Origin: Octopus vulgaris
Lineage: Eukaryota
Reading direction: 5' to 3'
Length of the DNA: 64,000 bases
NCBI GenBank assembly: GCA_951406725.2
Contig: OX597821.1
Coordinates: 33,542,001-33,606,000 of the forward strand
Shown here: positions 48,898 to 63,021 of the stretch, piece after piece
Position numbering within the stretch: position 1 is the stretch's first letter
How the letters are laid out: each line of letters begins with the position of its first letter
Translations under genes and position numbers: made by a program
Notes under the pieces: model-generated
Told to the model about the DNA's origin: nothing
What the model saw: only the letters and a program-made list of their open reading frames with translations
The model's database searches: none

Positions 48898-50619
48898 TTT
48901 GTGTTACCAGTTTCTGCAAGTTTCTAGACATTGGCAACTATTATCAGCAAATCTGCACAGTCTTCCTATCTGCAAGCAATAGCAGCCAAATTTCCCTCAG
49001 ATCGCAAACTATTATCCTAAAAGTGGCAACGACCTCACTCCTCTGCTACCATCACCACCACCACCACCACCACCACTACCACAGCATGCCAAAAGACAGG
49101 ATGGTTGCACACACATTGCTTTTGAATCATTGGTCAGCTTGGTCAAAGGTGATTTGGTGAGCATAGCGGGGATAGTGATAGCAGCGGTGATGGTGGTTGC
49201 ATTGGCTAAACAATATCAGTAACAACAACAACAACAACAGCAACAGTAAGAGTCACTTACTATTATGACACTAGAACACTGAACAGTATATAGCATAATC
49301 CATATGCTAAATGCAAAAGTGATTGTCAAGGTAGTAACACAGATGTATCTTTATAGGGTGGTATAGCTTCGATTATCAATGATTTAATAATACATTCCAA
49401 ACAGCTGGCACACTCTCATGGGTTGATTTATATCAGTTACCAGCTGTTGGCTTATATTATAAAAAGGCATCTTTCTAGGTGGTTTAAAATATGGTTTAAA
49501 ATATAGGTGGAGAAACCATCAGCTTTATGGTCATGTACTGTTTTTTTTAAGCATTCATGTGAGGTTTACTAGAAGCTTTGCATGTCTTTAAAAGAATCAT
49601 TAGCAAATTACAAAAACATCGTTACTGAGTCTCTGTGTTGTTTGTATCAATGAATGATGTTACATTCTCCTTTGTTTTGTTGTAATAGCATTATAACTAT
49701 TCAGTGGAGGCGCAATGGCCCAGTGGTTAGGGCAGCGGACTCGTGGTCGTAGGATCGCGGTTTCAATTCCCAGACCGGGCGTTGTGAGTGTTTATTGAGC
49801 GAAAACACCTAAAGCTCCACGAGGCTCCGGCAGGGATGGTGGTGATCCCTGCTGTACTCTTTCACCACAACGTTCTCTCACTCTTACTTCATGTTTCTGT
49901 TGTGCCTGTATTTCAAAGGGCCGGTCTTGTCACTCTCTGTGTCACGCTGAATATCCCCAAGAACTGCGTTAAGGGTACACGTGTCTGTGGAGTGCTCAGC
50001 CACTTACACGTTAATTTCACGAGCAGGCTGTTCCGTTGATCGGATCAACCGGAACCCTCATCATCGTAACCGACGGAGTGCTTCCATAACTATTCACAAT
50101 TCCTTATTTATAAGAAGACCCATACTGCACAGCAGAAGTGTTAAAACCAGTCTGTCTGCTGGCAGAAAATACTCATGGCAGTGCCACGTAAAAAGCACCA
50201 TGTGGTGCCATGTAAAAGTGCCTGTGTGGTGCCATGTAAAAGCACCCCGGAGCTTGCTTCCAAGCTATATGGTTTCGGGTTCAGTCCCACTGCGTGGCAC
50301 TTTGGGCAGGTGTCTTCTGCTATAGCCAACCGAAGCTTTGTGATTGAATTCGGCAGGCGGAAATTACTGCCGTGTGTGTATATGTGCGTGTAGGTGCTCG
50401 TGCCTCTCCGAAAGAGAGAGAAGGAGAGAGGGCAGCAACATGTAAAAGCACCCAGCACACTCTGCAAAGTGGTTGGCATTAGGAAGGGCATCCAGCCATA
50501 GAAACCATACCAAATCAGACTGGAGTCTGGTGCAGCTTGCCAGGTCTGGTCAAACTGTCCAACCCATGCCAGCATGGACAACAGATGTTAAATGATGATG
50601 ATGTTGATGATGATATATA

Positions 50620-51150
50620 TTGCAGCAGATGCACAGGGGCAATAAACACTACAGTTGCTCCGAAAACAGATTCCATCACATGCCAGGGTGAGAAACAAGA
50701 AGTGGCTGATAGCTTCCGCTACTAAGGCAACCAAGTCTGTAGTGGGGGTTGTTGCTCAGAGAGTGTTACCACTAGAAGAAGGATAGCCTGGGCAAAGTTC
50801 AGAAAGCTTCTACTACTGGTGACAAAGGGCCTCTCATGCAGAGTGAAAGGTACAAACTGCCGTGCTTCACGACAGTGAAACATGGGCCATGACTGCTGAG
50901 GACATGCATAGGCTCGAAAGAAATGAAGCTAGCATGATCCGTTGGACGTGTAATGTCAGTGTGCACACACGTCAGAGTGTAAGCACCTTGAGAGAAATAT
51001 TGGACATAAGAAGCATTGGATGTGGCATGCATGAGAGACGTCTGCACTGGTATGGTCATGTACTACGGATGGATGAGGAGAGCTGTGTGGAGAAGTGCCA
51101 CTCCCAAACAGTGGAAGGAACCCATGGTAGAGGGAGACCCAGGAAGACAT
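50620..51150 (+). pseudogene. Older RTE fragment of the same family as 26572-28399
   Basis: CSRCTGA...EVADSFRY; LHDSETWAMTAEDMHRLERNEASMIRW...RLHWYGHVLRMDEE...GRGRPRKT. Confidence 0.85.
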
Positions 51151-53250
51151 GCACACACATATGCATGCATGCACACATGCACACACATGTACACACACAC
51201 ATATACACACACATGCATACGCATACAATAGGCTTCTTTCAATTTCTGTCTACAAAATCCACTCAGAAGGCTTTGGTTGGCCCAGGGCTGTACTGCAGTA
51301 AAAGACATTTGCACATGTTAAAATGCAGTGGGACTTCTGGGTGGGATTGAACCTGGATCCATATGACTGTAAAGTGAGCTCTGTAATATCTATTCCCATC
51401 AATAGTGTAAATATTGGTACTTATATAAGTAACACATAAGTAACATACATGTATGTGTGTGGGCGTGTAGAATGTATGTATGTGAGTGTGTGCATAATGT
51501 ATATAAGAATAGGGGTATCTGAGTGTGTTTATGAGAGTGTGCCTGTGTGTATATATCCATGCGTATAGTGTGTGTGAGTATGAGTATGTGAGTGCATGTT
51601 CTAATTTCATAAATGATACTTTGTAGACTGTCTGACACCATCGTTAGTAATAACATCAAAAAAATTACAAACAACAGCCAGAACTAAAGATAACAAAAGG
51701 TAATCTAATTTACATTCTCTTATGCCCATATGACATTTGCCACTGTCATTATGTTATTCTTCCTGGGTGGAGAACTTTCTACGTGTTTCAACAATGCAGT
51801 GGGATGTAATTTCAGACAGAAAACATTGTAACAATTTTTAAAATTATAACATTTAATACCAAAGTCAAAGAATGGAAAATAAAGGATAAAAAAAAAAGAA
51901 AACATATAGAGAAAAATAGAACAAAGAGAACATAGAGAAAAATAGAACAAATTATATATTTTCCAAGAATATTCCTCTTCCACAGACTTGGCCTTTAGAT
52001 CATTCAGACTTTCAGGAACCTTTACCAGAACACACACACACAATGATACATTTGGAAGATTTGGTGTTGTTGTTATTTGACTTCAGGTCAAACTGAAGTA
52101 AACAGACTAATGATCAAAGATGTTCCAGCCATGCCCATTATTATTATTATTATTATTTAACATCTGTTTTCCACACAAGCTAGATGTGATGGTTTGATAG
52201 GAGCTGGTGATCCAGAGGTCTGTGCCATGTTCTACTGTCTGCTTTAGCATGGTTTCTATGACTCAATGCCCTTCTAATGCTAAATGCTGTACAGAGTGTA
52301 CTGGGTGCTTTTTTCATGTGGCACCAACACTAGTGAGGTTACTGAGTAACTTGCAAGACAAAACCTCCTCAAATGAGAGAAGTAGTAATGAGTGAGGGAG
52401 ATGGCTTTGTGCTGAGTGATGAGAGATTCACTGGATATTTTTGATCACTGATTTGTCTCCCTGGCCTTCAATTACTCAATCACCCATTCAGTTGTATCAC
52501 TGATTTCTCTGTTGGCTCTTCTTGAGATGTGCCATCTCTCTCTCCCTTACATTCTCTTCATTCAACAACCTCCTGAAGTTATATTTCAATACCTCTTTCT
52601 TTCTGATGTCAAAATCAGCGCAATTACATCCCTGTCATTCTGTACATACCCCTCTTGATTGTTGTTGTTTGTTCCTTCTCGAGCCATGCCAGGCTCATAA
52701 GGGCCGGTTTCCTGGTTTCTTGGTATATAGGTTCCCCACCTGGATGGGACACTGGTCCGTCGCAGGTAAGCTGCAAGATGCAGGAGGAAAGAGTGAGAGA
52801 TAGTTGTGGCGAAAGAGTCAGCAGAGGTTCGCCATTACCTTCTGCCGGAGCCACGCGGAGCTTATGTGTTTCGCTCATAAACACACACATCGTCCAGTCT
52901 GAGATTTGAACCCGCGATCCCTCGACCGTGAGTCCGCTGCTCTAACCACTAGGCCATGTGCCTCCACCTCTCTTGATTCTCTCTTTGCAATTCAGAATGC
53001 CTCACATCTCTCATACTCCCATCACAGAAACTATGCAAACCGTTTTTTGCTTCTCCCTTCGCTAAGTATACATGCTGTCTCATTTCTCTTTCAACAATCT
53101 AGATATTACAGGCACCCCCCCCCCCACACTAACTAAACATAGACGCACATAGAGATATATGGATGTGCAAATGAAGACACATACAATAGAAATACAAAAT
53201 GACTGACGGTTAGTAAAGAGAGAAACACAAATAAGAAAGAAGAAAACAAA

Positions 53251-53295
53251 GGACCACTGATGCGGTCACAGGAGTGTGACGAAAGAACTCTGGCC
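53251..53295 (+). ncRNA. Type I hammerhead-like motif, A9C variant
   Basis: ggacca-CTGATGC-g-GTCACA(ggag)TGTGAC-GAAA-gaac-TC-tggcc. Confidence 0.65.
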
Positions 53296-53512
53296 AAAAT
53301 AAGATTAAGATTAATGTAAAAAATAAATAACACTGAAGCAAAGTAACACCAAATATATAGTGTGTGTGTGTTTTTATTGGTTAAACTGGCAAAATGACCA
53401 TTCCAAAATACAACAAAATCTAAAGTTATTCATTCATATAAGGCAGTGAGCTAATAGAATCATTAGCACACTGGGGAAAATACTTTGCAGCATTTCATCC
53501 ATTTTTACATTC

Positions 53513-54205
53513 AGCACGACCTTCGAACTTTAGGTCTCACTGAGGAAATGACCTGCGACCGAGACCTTTGGAAATATGCTGTGCATGAAAAGACCAGGCA
53601 GGACAAGCGAGTCCAGCCCACTTATGCATGCCTTTCCTCCCTTGGACACACAAAGACCTGTTGAGGCAAGCGAAGTCGATATCGAACCTCATCCGACGAC
53701 AGGCACCTATGCCCACCCCCCCTTTGCTTGCAAAGACCTGTTGGGGCAAGTGAAATCGGAATCGAAATTGAACCAATCCTATGACTTACACCTGGCAGAT
53801 GCCAGGACCCCTGGACTGGAGATACGTAAAAAGCACTATCCGAATCGTGGCCGATGCCAGTGCAGCCTCGATTGGCTTCCGTGTCGGTGGCACGTAAAAA
53901 GCACCATCCGAATCGTGGCCAAAGCCAGTGCCGCCTCGACTGGCTTCCGTGCAGGTGGCACGGAAAATGCACCAATCCGACCGTGGCTGATGCCAGCCTC
54001 GCCTGGCTCCAGTGCAGGTGGCACGTAAAAAGCACCCACTACACTCACGGAGTGGTTGGCGTTAGGAAGGGCATCCAGCTGTAGAAACATTGCCAGATAA
54101 GACCGGAGCCTGGTGCAGCCTTCTGACTTCCCAGATCCCCGGTCGAACCGTCCAACCCATGCTAGCATGGAGAACGGACGTTAAACGATGATGATGATGA
54201 TGATG
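53513..54205 (+). mobile_element. 5'-truncated RTE (last codons plus full 3' UTR) inserted in a family A SINE
   Basis: HDLRTLGLTEEMTCDRDLWKYAVHEKTRQD; UTR repeats; (GAT)n; SINE head at ~53441-53512 resumes at 54206 (gagttcaaattc). Confidence 0.88.
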
Positions 54206-55796
54206 AGTTCAAATTCTGTCAAGGTTGACTTTGCTTTTCATCTTTTTGCCTACCAATTTCACCCAAATATATATCCAAATATATATATAAATACAATTTT
54301 AAATGACTAAAGTAATTTATTCATTTATTCATGATTCATTATTATTTATTCATTTATTCATTATTCATTATTCATTATTATTTATTCATTATTCATTATT
54401 ATTTATTCATTATTCATTTATTCATAAAACAATTTTAAATGACTAAAGTAATGAGTTCATTTATTCATAAAATAATTGGACAAAACTGTTTCTCTTTGTT
54501 GTATAATGTGGTGCTGATGATAAAAATCAGATGCTAAACAAATAAATAAATAAAAAGTATTTGCTTCAGTCATTAGACCGCGTGGTCATGCTGGGGCACT
54601 TCCTTGATGAATTTTTAGTTGAATGAATTAACTCCAGTACTTATTCTTTTAAAGCTTTGTACTTACTTGCTGAACTGATAAATTATGGGGACGTAAACAA
54701 ACCAACACCGGTTTGTCATGCAGTGTTGGGGGACAAATACACACACACATATGCATGCATACACACACACACATATATACATACTGCCTGACTGGCCCTC
54801 GTGCCAGTGACACGTAAAAGCACCCACTAAACTCTCGGAGTGGTTGGCATTAGGAAGAGCATCCAGCTGTAGAAACTCTGCCAGATCAAATTGGAGCCTG
54901 GTGCAGCCATCAGGTTTGCCAATCCTCAGTCAAATCGTCCAACCCATGCCAGCATGGAAAGTGGACGTTAAATGATGATGATGACGACGACGATGATATA
55001 TATATATATATATAAAGCATAAAGGCCCTTTTCAGTCATGAATGACCATGGAATTGCACCCAGAAAGATATCCTCTGAGACACAAGGTTGTTTATGGAAG
55101 ACCAGCAGTTGCCTATGCATACCAGCCTTGGGCAAGTGTCTTTTACTATAGGGAAAGGCAAAAATTGATGCAGCTTGGCACCAGTGACATCGCAACTGAT
55201 TTCTACAGCTGAGTGAACTGGAGCAACAGAAAATAAAGAGACTTGCTCAAGAACACAACACATAGCCTGGCCTGGGAATTGAACTCACTACCTCATGATT
55301 CTGATCCTGATACTCTAACCATTGAGCTATGCACCTTTATATATATATATATATATCATGATGACGATCATCATCGTTTAACATCCGCTTTCCATGCTAG
55401 CATGGGTTGGACGATTTTGACTGAGGGCTGGTGAACCAGATGGTTGCACCAGTCTCCAATCTTGATTTAGCAGAGTTTCTACAGCTGGATGCCCTTCCTA
55501 ACGCCAACCACTCCGGGAGTGTAGTGGGTGCTTTTTATGTGCCACCTGCACGGGGGCCAGTCAGGCGGTACTGGTAACGACCTTGCTCGAATCCTTTTAC
55601 ACATGCCACCAGCACAGGTGCCAGTAAGGCGACTTTGGTAACGATCACACTTGAATGGTGCCCTTTTACATGCCACTGGCACGGAAGCCAGTTGGCTGCT
55701 CTGGCAACAATCACATTGGGATGGTGCTCTTGGCACGAACAAAGGACGTGGTACAAGTACTGTATTATCAGAGGCTCAGGAAAGGAAGGAAAGAGG

Positions 55797-55832
55797 ATTT
55801 AATGTTTTGAGCAAAAGCTCTTCTTCAGAAAC
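55797..55832 (-). ncRNA. Decayed minimal hammerhead, same family as 28749-28783
   Basis: gttt-CTGAAGA-a-GAGC(tttt)GCTC-AAAA-ca-TT-aaat; shared flank ttggcgattttcttcctccgtcttcccttc. Confidence 0.6.
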
Positions 55833-56252
55833 AGAGGAAAGTTCAAAGGAAGGGAAGACGGAGGAAGAAAATCGCCAACAATACACATGTGGTTACATTT
55901 TGAAATGACTGGAAGTGAATGGGTGAAGAAAAAGTTCTTTCTATGACCGGAAAGTGCAAGAGAAGGAGATATGTGTGGGTATGTGCGTGCACGCAGGTGT
56001 GTGTGTGTAATAATGGCACGTGTATGTGCGTACGTCTGTGTGTGTGGTTTTAACTGTTTGTGTGTGTGTGTATGTGGGAACGTGTACGTGTGTGCGTGTA
56101 TGTATGTGTGTGCATGTATGTATATATTGTGTGTGTATGTGTATGTATGTGTGTGTATGTGTGTGTGCATGTGAGTTTGTATGCGTGGGGTTGTGTGGGG
56201 GGCTATATATGTGTTTCTGAGTGTGTGTGTGTGTGCGTGTGCTTATATATAT

Positions 56253-56304
<52 letters not shown>

Positions 56305-56700
56305 TAGGCGCACATATGGCTGTGTGGTAAGAAGCTTGCTTCCCTACCACATAGTAGGGACCTTGGGCAAGTGTCTCTTGCTATAGCCTCAGGCCGACCA
56401 AAGCCTTGTGAGTGGATTTGGTAGATGGAAACTGAAAGAAGCCCGGTAGTATGTATTTGTGTGTCTGTGTTTGTCTCCTGACCATTGCTTGACAACTGAT
56501 GTTGGTGTTTACATCCCTGTAACTTAGCAGATCAGCAAAAGATTATGATAGAATAAGTACTAGGCTTACAATGAATAAGTCCTGGGGTCGATTTGTTCGA
56601 CTAAAAACAAAAGATGGTACTCCAGCATGGCCACAGTCAACTGAATATATACAGAGTGTTGAAAATTTTGAAAATTAAGGGTGTCTATTTACTTCCTGCA

Positions 56701-56750
<50 letters not shown>

Positions 56751-56754
<4 letters not shown>

Positions 56755-58003
56755 CATGCAAGAAGTAAATAGACACCTTTAATTTTCAAAATTTCTTATC
56801 TAAGTGTCTTAATATTTTTTCAGCGGTGTAGAATTTACAATGTAATTATTCTTTTACGTTCCAGGTGCCATTATACTAAACATTTGTGAAGAGTGACCAT
56901 GCCATGCACAAAAAATTCAGTAGAACTGTCAGATTTTCAAAGAGATCGTATCGTTGGGCAATCTGAGGTTGGTCTTAGCCAGTGAAAAATTGCCAAAAAT
57001 CTTCAAATTCCTCTTGCTATTGTTAATAGAATTATAGTGCAATTCAAAAGTCAAGGTAAAGAATCAACAGATTCTTGTCCTGGCCGACCTGGGCCCTCAG
57101 AAAGGAAGCTTTGCTGTTTGAAGAGAATTGTGGATAATGAACCCTGTTCGAAGGCTTCTGACATTGCAAAACAGCTAGAAGTTAGTCCAAGAACGTGTGT
57201 TACATATCTGCATAACCTTGGGTATTATGGATGAGCAGCTAGAAAAAACCTCTCCTTCAACCAATTGATATCATGAAAAAAAAAAAGAAATGGGCTAAGG
57301 AGATGTCAAAAAAATCCAGTTCATTTTGGGATAAAGTGATTTTCTCAGATGAATCTAGATTTGCATTATTTTCAGACAGTGGACATATTGGGTCTGGAGA
57401 CTTTCCAATCAAGCATTTGATTTGAAACGACTCCAACCAACTGTGAAACATGGCAGTATCTCTGTAATGATATGGGAAGCTGTAACTAGCAATGGTTGTT
57501 CTGAGCTGATCGAATGTGTTGGAACCATAAACTCTGAAAAATACATCGAAATACTTAAGCAAGGACTACTTCCAATGTATTCACACGGTTTTTATTCATG
57601 GAAGATGGGGCTCCATGTCACACAGTGAAAAGGAATCAACAATGGCTGACTGAAAACGGGATCAAAAGGCTTCCTTGACTGAGCCAATTTCCTGACATGA
57701 ACCCAATTGAAAATCTTTGGAGCATACTAGATAGAGCTATACGATAAACTCGACAGAAACCTAAATCTAAAGATGAATTGTTTCGATTGTTGCATGAAAA
57801 GTGGGCAGAAATTCCACAAGAGACAATCACAAAGCTCATAAGTTCAATGCCAAAAAGAGTTTCTGAATTAAAAACTGCAAAGGGAATGCCAACTGAATGC
57901 TAAAGTATGTAGTCCTAACTATCAGTTACATTTCAATTGTTCGCTTTGTGTATTAAATAAAAGATTTTGAAAATTAAAGGTGCCTATTTACTTCCCACAT
58001 GTC

Positions 58004-58005
<2 letters not shown>
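56751..58005 (+). mobile_element. Full-length Tc1-family DNA transposon, decayed
   Basis: ~42-bp TIRs cagacatgcaagaagtaaatagacacctttaattttcaaaat / attttgaaaattaaaggtgcctatttacttcccacatgtctg; embedded in TA/TG repeats. Confidence 0.9.
56899..57903 (+). pseudogene. Tc1 DD34E transposase pseudogene
   Basis: ELSDFQRDRIVG HTH start, PGRP, VIFSDESRF, PTVKHG, EDGAPCH, PDMNPIENLW (34 residues between second D and E), SMPKRV; stops and frameshifts. Confidence 0.9.
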
Positions 58006-58450
<445 letters not shown>

Positions 58451-58980
58451 GTGTGTGCTTTTGTTTCTGTGTTTGTCTCCTCATCTTCACTCGACAACTA
58501 TTGTTGGTGTGTTTACATCCATGTAACTTAGTGGTTCGGCAAAAAAGACTGATAGAATAAGTACTAGGCTTAAAAAAATAAGTCCTGGAGTTGATTTGTT
58601 TGACTGAAAAAAGAACTGACTGAACTAGTAAAAGATTAAAAGAATATCTGATAGCTTCAGAATTTTGTGATGTGACTGTGTATTTTTAGAATGACATTGT
58701 AGAGTAGGTATGAGAGGTCAGATCTGGCTGGGTTGTGTATAAAACAAGTAGAATACTTAGGCCAGATATGGTCAGTTTAAATGCTAGAAATTTCAAATTT
58801 GACAAACCAAAATCCTAAAACTCTTTATTCCACGTTGAATATACTTGGGAGTTCCTGCTGGGAAGAAATATTAGGATATTCTGCATAATCGAGCAAGAAG
58901 TAGGCACAGGTATGGCTGTGTGGTAAGAAGAAGTACTAATTTTTAAGATTCCATATCAAGGTAAGATTACTTCTCTTTTT

Positions 58981-59433
58981 TTAACCCTTTTGTTACTAAC
59001 CCGGCCAAAACCGGCTCTGGCTCTGTAGTACAAATGTCTTGTTTTCATAAGTTTTGCATCAAAATATACCACCAAACCTTAGTTGCAATTTATATTCCTA
59101 ACACTAGCTTAACCCTTTAGTGTTCGCATTATTCTGCCAAAATTAATCCTTTTTTATCCACATTGCCTTGAACTAATCCTGCATCATCTTGTAACTATGA
59201 GAATTTGATGAGGTAGCTGTTCATTTTTAAAACGATATTGTAGGGTTGGTATGAGAGACCAGATCTGGCCAGTTTGAACATAAAACAGGCAAATACTTTT
59301 GGCCGTATATGGCTGGTTTAATTGCTAAAGGGTTAATGATAACTAAGTTATTTTACTAAATTCTTTGTTATTTAAAAAATAATTGAAAGAAACACAGAGC
59401 ATCTCAAAATAAATACGGTGATGAAAGGGTTAA
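58981..59433. mobile_element. TTAA MITE containing a nested TTAA MITE (59109-59336); related elements at 61231-61454 and 62346-62864
   Basis: ttaaccctt...aaagggttaa at both levels. Confidence 0.8.
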
Positions 59434-60382
59434 TCTTGAAGAGTCTAGATGAAATAACTGTCTGATTTAGGTGGAAGGCCAGCAGTTTTGAGGGGACAGG
59501 GTTAGTCAGCAACATTGACTTCAGCACTTGGTTAGTGCTTTATTTCACTGACCCTGGTGCAATGAAAGGCAAAGTTGACCTGAGTGGGAATGGAACTCTT
59601 AATACAAAGAGCTGGAACAAATACCGTAAGACATTTTTTACCAAATGCCTCTAATAATTCTGCCAGCTCATTGCATTGAAGGTCTGCATAAAATAATTAA
59701 TCATATATTTTAAAGTCAGTTGTGTGTGTATGCATGTGCGTGTGTGTGTGTGCATGTGTGTGTGTGTGCATGTGTGTGTGTGTGCATGTGTGTGTGTGTG
59801 TGTGTCCATATGTATTTGCTAAGTGGATTATGGAAAAAGGTAGCAAGACAGAGAGAGATAGAGATAGACTGCGAATGAAAGAGAGAGAAAGGGCAAGTGT
59901 CACCATGAAGGGAGAGCTCTGGAGAGTTAAGAGAATGAGTCAAAGCAGATTGTTATAAAGCCCTTTTGACACCAATCCGCCAGAGACTGCCCTTAGTTCT
60001 CTCATAGAGATTTCCTGTTTAAAGTGATCTAATTAAAAACTTTCCATTAAAATTTCATGTTAATTTATGCATCAAACACCTTATTAATAACGGCAAAGTT
60101 ATTTTATCAGATTCCTCATTATTTTCAAAATTAAATGTAACAGATGCAGTATATTTTAAATGAAATATGGTAACAAAAGGATTTTAAAAGCTGTTGAAAT
60201 TGTTTTAGATTGATTAGTGTAACACCAAACCAGCAGGATGAGAAAGGCAGTTTCTATTAATTTTTGATGAGATTTTTCAATGCTGACACCAAAAATTAAA
60301 AACGGAAAAATGGAAAATAATTTCTACAACTGTTTGTTTATTTTGGTGTCAGATTACAATTGTTCACTGAATTTATATACCA

Positions 60383-60789
60383 CTAGCAGCTAAGCCCGGT
60401 TTCACCTGGTCTGTTTGGATGAGGTGGATGTGATCATTTTCGGTTAGGTATAATCTATAACAGTGCTTGTCAACCTTATCATTTCGGGTCCCCTGTTTCG
60501 ATTGGAGCCTCCAACAATATGAAAATTTCCTGACCCCACCCCGTCAGAAAACAGCTTCTAAGCAACTGATTGTTTTAATGGCAGAAAGAGGAAAATTCCA
60601 TTAGAAAAAGTTTTAATTGATTTTCTCGATAAGTATGGGGGTTATGAAAAAAATACAAACTGCATTCCAATCTATGCACCTATTTCCACATGTGTGCCAT
60701 TTTTCACGCGAATCCACCCAGCCGTTTGGCTGTGAACCTCAAGACAAGAAAGAATACAATGATCACCCATGTCCAATTTATATTATAGA
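60383..60789 (-). mobile_element. Complete non-autonomous Helitron, 407 bp
   Basis: Minus strand a|TCtataatat...accaggtgaaaccgggcttagctgCTAG|t: TC/CTAG termini, subterminal hairpin, AT target, no TSD. Confidence 0.85.
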
Positions 60790-63021
60790 TTAAACAAAAA
60801 CCATTCTATGACATTAAATATCGTCAGGGTGGAGAGAGAAGTAAAACACAGTTAACCCTTTTCCTGTCCAAAGCATTTTCATAAGTTTATCCTAAACATC
60901 CATTCTTGTCACTGGACTGTTGTGTCATACATTCTGAGTAATATAAAGCTTTCTTTCATGAAATTGCAGAAATTGAAGAAAAAAAACAACAAATATCTTA
61001 TAAACAATAGAATTTTCTTAATAAAGCCAAGAGAAAAAATGCTTTATAAACATATTCTACCAGTATACAGAGTTTAACATTTTTTAGTTACCTAGAAATT
61101 ATGTTAGAAACTGCCGTTCAAACCGAAAAGATCCCGACTCATCAGAAAAGGGTAAGAGAGGGAATGGAAAGCAGCCATCAGTCAAGAAATGGAAGATAGC
61201 ATGCCAAATGAGCATGCACCGTACTCATAATTAACCCTTTAGCGTTCAAATTTCTGTGTTAGATCTAATGTTTATTTATTCACATTGTTTTGAATTAATT
61301 ATGCATTATCTCGCAGCTTCAAAATTTCAATAATGTGATTGTTTAATTTTAGAATGACATTGTAGAGTAGGTGTGAGGAGATGGATTTGGCTGGTTTGAT
61401 CATAAAATAGGGTAGGACATTTGGGATGAATATATTTAAATGGTCAAGGGTTAAACACAAAAAAGACAGGAAAGTGAACAGTAAAAGATTCATAAGGCAA
61501 CTCTAGATTTGCATAGGCATGGAATTTTGGGAAGATACAGTTCTCTGACCGTTAAGAACTGATGTCAGTGTGTTGACGTAAAATAGAAGAGCAAGATATG
61601 ATATGTGATTGATGGAAAGGAGGATCTTTTTGGTTTGAATGGCAGTTTTTAACATAATTTCTAGGTAACTAAAAAATTCTAAACTTCGTATACTGGTAGA
61701 ATGTGTATACGTATGTGTGTGTATATGTTTGTGTGTCTGTGTTTGTCCTCCCAACATCGCTTGACAACCCCGTAACCTAGCGGTTCGGCAAAAGAAACCG
61801 ATAGAATAAGTATTAGGCTTACAAAGAATAAGTCCTGTGGTCGATTTGTTCGACTAAAGGCGGTGCTCCAGCATGGCCACAGTCAAATGACTGAAACAGG
61901 TAAAAGAGTAATATGCAACAAAAGGGTCTAAGCACAGATCCCTGTGAGACTCTAGATGTGATTATATAGGGTGCAGAATATTGTTCTTTTGCTTTTACTA
62001 CCTGTGTTTCAAATGAAAATGTCTGACTTCGACACTAGATTGGCAAACTCTTTTAAAGTTCCGTACATAATACCTAGCAGTATTTAGTTACAACTCTCAA
62101 TGTTCTTATTTCAAATCCTTCTGAGTTCAACTTTGTCTTTCATCTTTCCAGGTTGATAAAATTATGTACCAGTTAAGTACTGGTGTTGATTTATATTTTT
62201 ATCAAACATTCAGATATGTATGGAATTAAAAGAAAAGACAAAGAACTCAGTGTAGTCCTGGATCCCAATATCCACCAATAATTGGATGGTTGCAAAATGG
62301 AATGCTAATGATTCATAGATTGGCTTGATCAAGGCCAGTCTGACGTTAACTCTTTAGCATTTAATCTGGCCATATCCCGTCCAAATATTTTACCTGTTCT
62401 ATGATCAAACTGTCCAAATCCGGCCTCTCACATTTACCCAACAATTGTCATTCTGCACATCAGTGGAGGCACATAGCCCAGTGGTTAGAGCAGAAGACTC
62501 ACGGTCGAGGGATCATGGGTTCGAATCTCAGACTGGGCGATGTGTGTGTTTATGACCAAAACATCTAAGCTCCATGCGGATCCGACAGAAGGTAATGGCG
62601 AACTTCTGCTGACTCTTTTGCCACAACTTCCTCTCACTTTTTCCTCCTGCATCTTGCAGCTCACCTGCGATGGACCGGCGTCCCATCCAGGTGGGGAACC
62701 TCGGGAAACCGGCCCTTATGAGCCATACATGGCTCGAGAAGGAACAAACAAATTCTACAGATCACCGAAATCTGAAATCTTCGAGATAATGCATGATTAA
62801 TTAAAAATAATACAAATAAATAAGCATTACATTTGACAGAACAATCTGAATGCTTAAGGGTTAAACAACACTTTTGCTAAAGAACCTTTATGTGTTTCAA
62901 GAAATAGCTGCAAGTTCTCCCTCAAACCACATTCTACCATCTGATAAAAAGGACATGGATAATGTGATCCTAGATATTAGCATTTGAAAATTAAAACAAA
63001 AAGGTAGGATGATCATGACTG

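Noticed and set aside
48470-48982. Proline-rich extensin/formin-like ORF
   Set aside because: (CCA)n microsatellite without supported splice or domain context
49704-49780. tRNA gene
   Set aside because: tRNA-like SINE head continuing into the SINE body with a TSD; no complete cloverleaf
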